Shown here: positions 26,390 through 37,500 of the stretch, piece after piece
How positions within the stretch are numbered: the stretch's first letter is position 1
Layout of the letters: each line of letters opens with the position of its first letter
Assembly (NCBI GenBank): GCA_964016885.1
Contig: OZ024740.1
Coordinates: 23,932,001-23,996,000, forward strand
Direction: 5' to 3'
Length of the DNA stretch: 64,000 bases
From: Eledone cirrhosa
Lineage: Eukaryota
Program-made: the position numbers and the translations under genes
Notes under the pieces: model-generated
What the model saw: only the letters and a program-made list of their open reading frames with translations
Database searches by the model: none
Told to the model about the DNA's origin: nothing

Positions 26390-26390
26390 G
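25364..26390 (-). mobile_element. Non-autonomous Helitron-like element (3' end at 25364; 5' limit uncertain)
   Basis: The minus strand ends in hairpin CCCGTGCAACGCCGGG, 8 nt, then CTAG followed by T in a (TA)n site: the canonical Helitron 3' terminus. An internal ~135-bp subrepeat (TTCACCTAATGCGGGCCCT...GACGTAACGCCT) occurs twice. Confidence 0.78.
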
Positions 26391-26463
26391 TAAACCTTTA
26401 TATGTAATACTCTCCCGATAGGTTGAGATACAATTGTGGCTGTATTGGGCTGCGCTTTCTAGC

Positions 26464-26653
26464 AAAAAGCCTACTAGCCGTAAGCAACTAATCATATCCT
26501 TTCTAACTTGACCGCTGCCACGTCACGAATCTTAGCCATTTTTGAATGTATTCTTGGCGCGATCACTTTGGAAAATTAATTGTCTAAATTTGAGCTAACT
26601 CCTGAAGAGTCCGGTGCTCTAGATTTCCAATGTTATCGGATATCTTAAAATGC
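26464..26653 (+). repeat. 190-bp direct repeat of 25801-25990
   Basis: AAAAAGCCTACTAGCCG...GGATATCTTAAAATGC is present twice, with about 4 substitutions by eye. Confidence 0.95.
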
Positions 26654-26795
26654 AGAAACCGTTCATACGACTGAACAGTGTGAGAAGTTCATCATTTCCC
26701 CTGTTTTCATTACACGATACGCCAGGTCCAATAACAGGATTGGCTGATTGTCACCTCCTGCTGATTGGCGCATAAACGTCACGAAAATATACACA

Positions 26796-27099
26796 TAAAC
26801 TGAGGATGAAGAACTCAGAGCTGTATGGGAGCCTCCCAAAAGTCAGCTCAAAAGTGACACAGAGGAGATTGACGTTAGCTGGACATGCTCACCGACATCC
26901 AGATTTGACTTTGCCCTCAGTGCTCCTGTGGGAGCCCCTACATGGACACACTGGAAGAGGAAGACCAAGGTTAACGTATGTTGATGCCCTAAGGACAGAC
27001 ACTGGTCTGTTGGAGACGCAGGACATGGCAGCGATAATGAGGGACAGAGACTGCTGGAGAGAACTCGTCCATGGATCTCGGGAATTTTACCCGCCCTAG
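26796..27099 (+). mobile_element. 5'-truncated RTE-clade LINE (ORF C-terminus) with 11-bp TSD
   Basis: The ORF reads N.ELYG.LPKVS.KV.QRRL.LAGH..RH.....VLLWEP.HG..GRGRP..TYVD.L..DTG......M.DRD.WR, the typical RTE/RTE-X C-terminus. AAATATACACA occurs at 26785-26795 and 27100-27110. Confidence 0.9.
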
Positions 27100-27322
27100 A
27101 AATATACACACGCACATGTACGCTCAGACACAAACACATCCATGTCACGGTGAGCGCACATACAAACATATATATATAGGTGTATATGCATACATATACG
27201 GTTCTGTATGTATATACATACTCTCACACTCATACATATTGGCAAATTATATCTATCTATTCATCTCTCTCTCTCCTTTTCTCTGTCTGAATTTCCTCTT
27301 AATATGTATATGCATATGTCTA

Positions 27323-27386
<64 letters not shown>

Positions 27387-28064
27387 AATATGTATATATA
27401 TATATTATATGTATATATATATATATGTATATATATATATTACTTCCCCATGATTGATAATCGGTGTTAGAATCTCATCCATCATAAACGACATTGATTT
27501 CACAACACATTCCTGGTTAATATTCAGGAGAAGACTGCAGACACAGACCTCACATCACAATTCATATCACATTCGATTAAATACTTTTCCCGCCGATCAA
27601 ATATCTATGTGCACGCATGAATAGTCATATACATATGTTTATGAATATACATATATACATATATTCACTCTTCACATACACACACACACACAAATACGTA
27701 CATGTATACAATTATGTATATATTGTTTGGTAGTTTACTTATTTATTTAATTCATATTATAACTTTCTTTATCATAACTATATTGTATGAATGGGCCCTA
27801 ATGAGGCAGTCCTTAGTTGCCTTGTACAGTGACCCGTATATGCTGGGAATTGATACAATTCCACTGGTAACTCGTAGTGTGTCACAACTTTTAGCCACTC
27901 CAGCACCTCAACAATTATGAAGAGCAATGAGATATGTTCTGTAAAACCTCAAGTAGACTAAGTCCCCATCTTACGAACGAATTCGTTAGTTGATTTGTTC
28001 GTAAGTTGATCATCTAACAACGTACATATAAGCCCATACCTGTTACATTGATACTGCAGGTTTC

Positions 28065-28328
28065 CATACACAAAACGCCAGCACCAATAGTTTTGCAAGA
28101 GATGTTAACATGAATAGACCTGTTATTTTTATCTAAAGACATTTTCTCCAATTCCAACCCACCCGTCCCCCAATCTATCTATTTCTCAATCTATTCTTTC
28201 TTCTGATGAAGGACTAGCGTCCGAAACGTTAAGACCCTCTTTCTGCTATATCAAGCGTTAACCTAATATATCTCTTCCATATATTGTACCGATTGTGTTG
28301 TTATTTCTGTTTACCTTTTACACACACA

Positions 28329-28330
<2 letters not shown>
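28065..28330 (+). mobile_element. ~265-bp hammerhead-containing PLE pLTR-like element, copy 1, with (CA)n(TA)n tail
   Basis: Colinear inverted homologue at 30865-31135. A pyrimidine-rich leader precedes the hammerhead motif. Confidence 0.75.
28199..28234 (+). ncRNA. Minimal type I hammerhead ribozyme
   Basis: TCTT-CTGATGA-A-GGAC-TAGC-GTCC-GAAA-CG-TT-AAGA: 4-bp stem I, 4-bp stem II, and a loopless palindromic stem III (AACGTT) as in PLE minimal hammerheads that need dimerisation. Confidence 0.7.
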
Positions 28331-28420
<90 letters not shown>

Positions 28421-28749
28421 TATTTATAACATGTAATAATAAATTTAAATACTGTAAAGCTAATGACAATAAATTGTTAAATAAAAAAAGTACATTTTCA
28501 ATTCTGCGAAAACAGAATGGTAGCCCATCCCATACATTCGATTTGGGGTTGTTGTTTTATGCTGCAAATGAAGGAACCCTCTTTTATGCTACAAAAGAAG
28601 GTATGCAGGGCCCGAAAGGGCCCACAAAAAGGTGAATTTCAAACACAGACAAATTTTATTTTTCTTCGTTAGACTGTTCGTATCTCCGGAAGTTCGTAAG
28701 TAGGATATTCGTGAGGTGGGAACTGACTGTATTAGCATTAAAATGGAAA

Positions 28750-29185
28750 AACATTACAGTGCCATAGTTCCCACAGTAGATCTCTATGCCAGTGAAACAT
28801 AGAGAATTACTGTCAATATGGCAATGAGCAGGACAACTTTCTCTAACGATGCCTGCGCGAGATCCTCAAGATTGCCTGAGAAGGATTCCAGTTGCAAAGC
28901 AATTTTAGTCACTGCAAAACACTGCATCGCTACATCTGTTTCGTTTGGCAAGACATATTTTGCTCCTGCCAGCCACTTTGCAGTTAAGGAATGCTATGTC
29001 AAGGATGCTGGAGACGAGAAAGCGGCAAAAGGGTGTGGCCAAGGAATAATTGGCGATAAACATTCCTGGTGTTATTTCTGGTGATAAACTACTGGTGAGA
29101 GTAGAACCTCAGTGAATCGACTGTGCTGGTGGACATTTGCTGTCTTATGCGCCTCAAACCACGAGAAGACCTACGGACTATTAAC
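28750..29185 (+). mobile_element. Old RTE-clade LINE 3' remnant
   Basis: Decayed frames give AIVPTVDLYASET*, RCLREILKIA* and RLARHI, matching the RTE pattern V.PTLLY.SETW / RCLR.ILKI.W / RLAGHI. Confidence 0.6.
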
Positions 29186-30042
29186 TAAAAGCAATGTTGT
29201 TAGTAGTCACTCACACGATATAAAATACAAGCCTGTATAAAGTTGGTGATAAGACGAAGATAGATTCGAAATGTAGGTCTTATTTGAAGCTGTTTATTAA
29301 GTGGTTTTATAATCAGTGTTAGATGTATATGATTTATGAATGGGTTACACTATGTATTCATAAGTAACAAAGCAGAAAAAATGAACTAAAATATGAAGGG
29401 ATCCGACACCCCTCCCACTGAAACACAAGACATTGCCAACCGCTCCATTTAGAACCTACTCTGCTCTGGTGAGTTTATGAATCGATCTTTTCTACTTTAT
29501 CTTTTATAATGTTTCTTACTTCATTTTGCTTACAGTAGATATTATTAAGTGTCCTTACTATATTTCATAGATTGCAAATCGATCGATATATTTCTGAAGT
29601 TAACCGAGACTAATATACTTTGTATAACCTTGGCACATAGGTAGCATATATCATAGTTTGCTTCAGGCTTGAAGTGTACACAGAAATTCAAATCCAATCT
29701 ATATCTCTGACAAACGCAGGTGGACCTCCGAGGTAAAAATATAAAATAAAATAAAATAAAATAAAAATCCAATTCATTTAGAAATCAATTTACTCTGCTT
29801 AACTTGAAAACGTTTTCGAAGTTATTCCATAACTAATTGTGCCAAAGTGACAAAGCCTAGATTTGCTAAAGGTAATACAAACTTACAATGTAGAGAAATG
29901 ACCGTTCACATGTGGCGTAGTGAATAAACTATGTTGGACAAACTGTCTACCGTTGGCACTGTTTCAGTATATACACATATACACCTAACCACAAGCACAC
30001 ACATTCACACAGATATATATATATATACACATATATATATAT

Positions 30043-30137
<95 letters not shown>

Positions 30138-30174
30138 CGTAAATTATATCGGTCTGTGTGTATATAAATATGTT

Positions 30175-30218
<44 letters not shown>

Positions 30219-30266
30219 CATAAACATATTTATATACACACAAACCGATATAATTTACGTATATAA

Positions 30267-30308
<42 letters not shown>

Positions 30309-30366
30309 ATTGAAAGAGAAGTGGATAGAGAAAGAGATGGAGAGAGAGAGTGAGAGAGAGTGAGAG

Positions 30367-30403
<37 letters not shown>

Positions 30404-30624
30404 TGTGTTGTTGCCAAGTTATTTGTCGCTTGACATGATATTAGTTATGTGGTGCGTGTATGGGGGCTATCTGCTTGACCCCTGCTTTTCTTCTTCTATA
30501 TTGCCTTCAGTGTTTTATAGAATCTGTTATTGAACACATATACACATAGACACAGGAATACAGACAGACAAACAGACACACAGACAGACAAACAGACAGA
30601 CACATATGCATATATATATTCATT

Positions 30625-30740
30625 AAGGCTGAATAGTGAGTCTTGTTTCTCTGGATTTCACCTGTTTACCACAGGGGTATCATGACTCTGTGGCAAACAG
30701 GCGGAACTCCAGAGTAACAAAACATACTATTCAGCCTTCA
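30625..30740. repeat. ~115-nt imperfect hairpin (fold-back)
   Basis: Paired segments AAGGCTGAATAGT/ACTATTCAGCCTT, TTGTTTCTCTGGA/TCCAGAGTAACAA and CCTGTTTACCACAGGGGT/ACTCTGTGGCAAACAGG around a ~6-nt loop. Confidence 0.9.
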
Positions 30741-30804
30741 TAAAGTCAATATTAAAACTCTACCTCGGTATTGAGTACTCCTTCATCCCAGCCGTCAACC
30801 TCAT

Positions 30805-30852
<48 letters not shown>

Positions 30853-30864
30853 GTGTGTGTGTTT

Positions 30865-31135
30865 GTGCGTGTGTGTAAAACGTAAACAGAAATAACAACA
30901 CAATCGGTACAATATATGGAAGGGATATATTAGGTTAACGCTTAATATAGCAGGAAGTGGGTCTGAACGTTTCGGACGCCAGTCCTTCAGCAGAAGAAAT
31001 AAGCATGAGAAATAAGATAGAAATAAGATAGGGATGGGCGGGTTAGAATTTGAAAAAATGCCTTTAGATAAAAATAACAGGTCCATTCATGTTGACATCT
31101 CTTGCAAAACTGTTGGTGCTGGCGTTTTGTGTATG
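30865..31135 (-). mobile_element. Hammerhead-containing pLTR-like element, copy 2 (core mutated)
   Basis: Reverse complement of 28065-28330. The motif reads TCTT-CTGCTGA-A-GGAC-TGGC-GTCC-GAAACGTT (30962-30997), so the conserved A6 is changed to C. Confidence 0.75.
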
Positions 31136-31168
31136 ATTTATTTTTTAGAAAAGTGGATGTTGGAGCGC

Positions 31169-31223
<55 letters not shown>

Positions 31224-31560
31224 GTGGTTGCCAAATCACTATCCAATATAACCAACTTTTGCAAGCCCTTTCCCTTTTGCTTTAAATATTTATGCCTTCC
31301 CTCTCATGGGATATGAAGATGAGGATGACATACATAAATACGACGAGACTAAGACCCTATTTCCTATACAGCGATGGCAATTCAACAACGGACTTACTAT
31401 AGATAAAATTTGAGCTCAAAATGAAATGATCTGCAAGAAAATATCTCCATACATTTTATCAAGTTCATACTAACGTATATTTGTGAATATCGAAATAAGT
31501 TATAAATCCTAAGATATTATTTATATTGTGCAAGATACTCTGATCGCATCTCGTTTCTCG

Positions 31561-34500
31561 CAAATAATCTTGTCAGCTACTGTCCAAATCCTCTACTCCT
31601 GGTTTGACGACATTTGACCCTTCGAGCCAAATAATCTTGTCAGCTACTGTCCAAATCCTCTACTCCTGGTTTGACGACATTTGACCCTTCGAGACAAATA
31701 ATCTTCTCAGCTACTGTCCAAATCCTCTACTCCTGATTTGACGACATTTGACCCTTCGAGACAAATAATCTTGTCAGCTACTGTCCAAATCCTCTACTCC
31801 TGGTTTGACGACATTTGACCCTTCGAGCCAAATAATCTTGTCAGCTACTGTCCAAATCCTCTACTCCTGGTTTGACGACATTTGACCCTTCGAGACAAAT
31901 AATCTTCTCAGCTACTGTCCAAATCCTCTACTCCTGATTTGACGACATTTGACCCTTCGAGCCAAATAATCTTGTCAGCTACTGTCCAAATCCTCTACTC
32001 CTGGTTTGACGACATTTGACCCTTCGAGCCAAATAATCTTGTCAACTACTGTCCAAATCCTCTACTCCTGGTTTGACGACATTTGACCCTTCGAGCCAAA
32101 TAATCTTGTCAGCTACTGTCCAAATCCTCTACTCCTGGTTTGACGACATTTGACCCTTCGAGACAAATAATCTTCTCAGCTACTGTCCAAATCCTCTACT
32201 CCTGATTTGACGACATTTGACCCTTCGAGCCAAATAATCTTGTCAGCTACTGTCCAAATCCTCTACTCCTGGTTTGACGACATTTGACCCTTCGAGCCAA
32301 ATAATCTTGTCAACTACTGTCCAAATCCTCTACTCCTGGTTTGACGACATTTGACCCTTCGAGCCAAATAATCTTGTCAGCTACTGTCCAAATCCTCTAC
32401 TCCTGGTTTGACGACATTTGACCCTTCGAGCCAAATAATCTTGTCAACTACTGTCCAAATCCTCTACTCCTGGTTTGACGACATTTGACCCTTCGAGCCA
32501 AATAATCTTGTCAACTACTGTCCAAATCCTCTACTCCTGGTTTGACGACATTTGACCCTTCGAGCCAAATAATCTTGTCAGCTACTGTCCAAATCCTCTA
32601 CTCCTGGTTTGACGACATTTGACCCTTCGAGCCAAATAATCTTGTCAACTACTGTCCAAATCCTCTACTCCTGGTTTGACGACATTTGACCCTTCGAGCC
32701 AAATAATCTTGTCAGCTACTGTCCAAATCCTCTACTCCTGGTTTGACGACATTTGACCCTTCGAGCCAAATAATCTTGTCAACTACTGTCCAAATCCTCT
32801 ACTCCTGGTTTGACGACATTTGACCCTTCGAGCCAAATAATCTTGTCAGCTACTGTCCAAATCCTCTACTCCTGGTTTGACGACATTTGACCCTTCGAGC
32901 CAAATAATCTTGTCAACTACTGTCCAAATCCTCTACTCCTGGTTTGACGACATTTGACCCTTCGAGCCAAATAATCTTGTCAGCTACTGTCCAAATCCTC
33001 TACTCCTGGTTTGACGACATTTGACCCTTCGAGCCAAATAATCTTGTCAACTACTGTCCAAATCCTCTACTCCTGGTTTGACGACATTTGACCCTTCGAG
33101 CCAAATAATCTTGTCAACTACTGTCCAAATCCTCTACTCCTGGTTTGACGACATTTGACCCTTCGAGCCAAATAATCTTGTCAACTACTGTCCAAATCCT
33201 CTACTCCTGGTTTGACGACATTTGACCCTTCGAGCCAAATAATCTTGTCAACTACTGTCCAAATCCTCTACTCCTGGTTTGACGACATTTGACCCTTCGA
33301 GCCAAATAATCTTGTCAACTACTGTCCAAATCCTCTACTCCTGGTTTGACGACATTTGACCCTTCGAGCCAAATAATCTTGTCAGCTACTGTCCAAATCC
33401 TCTACTCCTGGTTTGACGACAGTTGACCCTTCGAGCCAAATAATCTTGTCAACTACTGTCCAAATCCTCTACTCCTGGTTTGACGACATTTGACCCTTCG
33501 AGCCAAATAATCTTGTCAGCTACTGTCCAAATCCTCTACTCCTGGTTTGACGACAGTTGACCCTTCGAGCCAAATAATCTTGTCAACTACTGTCCAAATC
33601 CTCTACTCCTGGTTTGACGACATTTGACCCTTCGAGCCAAATAATCTTGTCAACTACTGTCCAAATCCTCTACTCCTGGTTTGACGACAGTTGACCCTTC
33701 GAGCCAAATAATCTTGTCAACTACTGTCCAAATCCTCTACTCCTGGTTTGACGACATTTGACCCTTCGAGCCAAATAATCTTGTCAGCTACTGTCCAAAT
33801 CCTCTACTCCTGGTTTGACGACAGTTGACCCTTCGAGCCAAATAATCTTGTCAACTACTGTCCAAATCCTCTACTCCTGGTTTGACGACATTTGACCCTT
33901 CGAGCCAAATAATCTTGTCAACTACTGTCCAAATCCTCTACTCCTGGTTTGACGACAGTTGACCCTTCGAGCCAAATAATCTTGTCAACTACTGTCCAAA
34001 TCCTCTACTCCTGGTTTGACGACATTTGACCCTTCGAGCCAAATAATCTTGTCAGCTACTGTCCAAATCCTCTACTCCTGGTTTGACGACAGTTGACCCT
34101 TCGAGCCAAATAATCTTGTCAACTACTGTCCAAATCCTCTACTCCTGGTTTGACGACATTTGACCCTTCGAGCCAAATAATCTTGTCAACTACTGTCCAA
34201 ATCCTCTACTCCTGGTTTGACGACATTTGACCCTTCGAGCCAAATAATCTTGTCAGCTACTGTCCAAATCCTCTACTCCTGGTTTGACGACATTTGACCC
34301 TTCGAGCCAAATAATCTTGTCAACTACTGTCCAAATCCTCTACTCCTGGTTTGACGACATTTGACCCTTCGAGCCAAATAATCTTGTCAGCTACTGTCCA
34401 AATCCTCTACTCCTGGTTTGACGACATTTGACCCTTCGAGACAAATAATCTTGTCAGCTACTGTCCAAATCCTCTACTCCTGGTTTGACGACAGTTGACC

Positions 34501-37500
34501 CTTCGAGACAAATAATCTTGTCAGCTACTGTCCAAATCCTCTACTCCTGGTTTGACGACATTTGACCCTTCGAGCCAAATAATCTTGTCAGCTACTGTCC
34601 AAATCCTCTACTCCAGGTTTGATGACTTTTGACCCTTCGAGCCAAATAATCTTGTCAACTACTGTCCAAATCCTCTACTCCTGGTTTGACGACATTTGAC
34701 CCTTCGAGCCAAATAATCTTGTCAGCTACTGTCCAAATCCTCTACTCCTGGTTTGACGACATTTGACCCTTCGAGACAAATAATCTTGTCAGCTACTGTC
34801 CAAATCCTCTACTCCTGGTTTGACGACAGTTGACCCTTCGAGCCAAATAATCTTGTCAGCTACTGTCCAAATCCTCTACTCCTGGTTTGACGACATTTGA
34901 CCCTTCGAGCCAAATAATCTTGTCAGCTACTGTCCAAATCCTCTACTCCTGGTTTGACGACAGTTGACCCTTCGAGCCAAATAATCTTGTCAGCTACTGT
35001 CCAAAGCCTCTACTCCTGGTTTGACGACATTTGACCCTTCGAGCCAAATAATCTTGTCAACTACTGTCCAAATCATCTACTCCTGGTTTGACGACATTTG
35101 ACCCTTCGAGCCAAATAATCTTGTCAGCTACTGTCCAAATCCTCTACTCCTGGTTTGACGACAGTTGACCCTTCGAGCCAAATAATCTTGTCAGCTACTG
35201 TCCAAATCCTCTACTCCTGGTTTGACGACATTTGACCCTTCGAGACAAATAATCTTGTCAGCTACTGTCCAAATCCTCTACTCCTGGTTTGACGACATTT
35301 GACCCTTCGAGCCAAATAATCTTGTCAACTACTGTCCAAACCCTCTACTCCTGGTTTGACGACATTTGACCCTTCGAGCCAAATAATCTTGTCAACTACT
35401 GTCCAAATCCTCTACTCCTGGTTTGACGACATTTGACCCTTCGAGCCAAATAATCTTGTCAACTACTGTCCAAATCCTCTACTCCTGGTTTGACGACATT
35501 TGACCCTTCGAGCCAAATAATCTTGTCAACTACTGTCCAAACCCTCTACTCCTGGTTTGACGACATTTGACCCTTCGAGCCAAATAATCTTGTCAACTAC
35601 TGTCCAAATCCTCTACTCCTGGTTTGACGACATTTGACCCTTCGAGCCAAATAATCTTGTCAGCTACTGTCCAAATCCTCTACTCCTGGTTTGACGACAT
35701 TTGACCCTTCGAGCCAAATAATCTTGTCAACTACTGTCCAAATCCTCTACTCCTGGTTTGACGACATTTGACCCTTCGAGCCAAATAATCTTGTCAGCTA
35801 CTGTCCAAATCCTCTACTCCTGGTTTGACGACAGTTGACCCTTCGAGCCAAATAATCTTGTCAACTACTGTCCAAATCCTCTACTCCTGGTTTGACGACA
35901 TTTGACCCTTCGAGCCAAATAATCTTGTCAACTACTGTCCAAATCCTCTACTCCTGGTTTGACGACAGTTGACCCTTCGAGCCAAATAATCTTGTCAACT
36001 ACTGTCCAAATCCTCTACTCCTGGTTTGACGACATTTGACCCTTCGAGCCAAATAATCTTGTCAGCTACTGTCCAAATCCTCTACTCCTGGTTTGACGAC
36101 AGTTGACCCTTCGAGCCAAATAATCTTGTCAACTACTGTCCAAATCCTCTACTCCTGGTTTGACGACATTTGACCCTTCGAGCCAAATAATCTTGTCAAC
36201 TACTGTCCAAATCCTCTACTCCTGGTTTGACGACATTTGACCCTTCGAGCCAAATAATCTTGTCAGCTACTGTCCAAATCCTCTACTCCTGGTTTGACGA
36301 CATTTGACCCTTCGAGCCAAATAATCTTGTCAACTACTGTCCAAATCCTCTACTCCTGGTTTGACGACATTTGACCCTTCGAGCCAAATAATCTTGTCAG
36401 CTACTGTCCAAATCCTCTACTCCTGGTTTGACGACATTTGACCCTTCGAGACAAATAATCTTGTCAGCTACTGTCCAAATCCTCTACTCCTGGTTTGACG
36501 ACAGTTGACCCTTCGAGACAAATAATCTTGTCAGCTACTGTCCAAATCCTCTACTCCTGGTTTGACGACATTTGACCCTTCGAGCCAAATAATCTTGTCA
36601 GCTACTGTCCAAATCCTCTACTCCAGGTTTGATGACTTTTGACCCTTCGAGCCAAATAATCTTGTCAACTACTGTCCAAATCCTCTACTCCTGGTTTGAC
36701 GACATTTGACCCTTCGAGCCAAATAATCTTGTCAGCTACTGTCCAAATCCTCTACTCCTGGTTTGACGACATTTGACCCTTCGAGACAAATAATCTTGTC
36801 AGCTACTGTCCAAATCCTCTACTCCTGGTTTGACGACAGTTGACCCTTCGAGCCAAATAATCTTGTCAGCTACTGTCCAAATCCTCTACTCCTGGTTTGA
36901 CGACATTTGACCCTTCGAGCCAAATAATCTTGTCAGCTACTGTCCAAATCCTCTACTCCTGGTTTGACGACATTTGACCCTTCGAGCCAAATAATCTTGT
37001 CAACTACTGTCCAAATCCTCTACTCCTGGTTTGACGACATTTGACCCTTCGAGCCAAATAATCTTGTCAGCTACTGTCCAAATCCTCTACTCCTGGTTTG
37101 ACGACAGTTGACCCTTCGAGCCAAATAATCTTGTCAGCTACTGTCCAAATCCTCTACTCCTGGTTTGACGACATTTGACCCTTCGAGACAAATAATCTTG
37201 TCAGCTACTGTCCAAATCCTCTACTCCTGGTTTGACGACATTTGACCCTTCGAGCCAAATAATCTTGTCAACTACTGTCCAAACCCTCTACTCCTGGTTT
37301 GACGACATTTGACCCTTCGAGCCAAATAATCTTGTCAACTACTGTCCAAATCCTCTACTCCTGGTTTGACGACATTTGACCCTTCGAGCCAAATAATCTT
37401 GTCAACTACTGTCCAAATCCTCTACTCCTGGTTTGACGACATTTGACCCTTCGAGCCAAATAATCTTGTCAACTACTGTCCAAACCCTCTACTCCTGGTT

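Larger units (their letters stand above)
27954..28731. mobile_element. Tigger/pogo-like MITE interrupted by a hammerhead-bearing insert
   Basis: Left end TAGACTAAGTCCCCATCTTACGAAC versus right-end reverse complement TACAGTCAGTTCCCACCTCACGAAT. Subterminal TTCGTAAG/TTCGTTAG repeats occur at both ends. Confidence 0.6.

Noticed and set aside
28065-31135. A single 3-kb TIR transposon bounded by the two inverted 265-bp copies
   Set aside because: No TSD is seen, the copies are diverged and have microsatellite tails, and the right end of the MITE hosting copy 1 lies between them.
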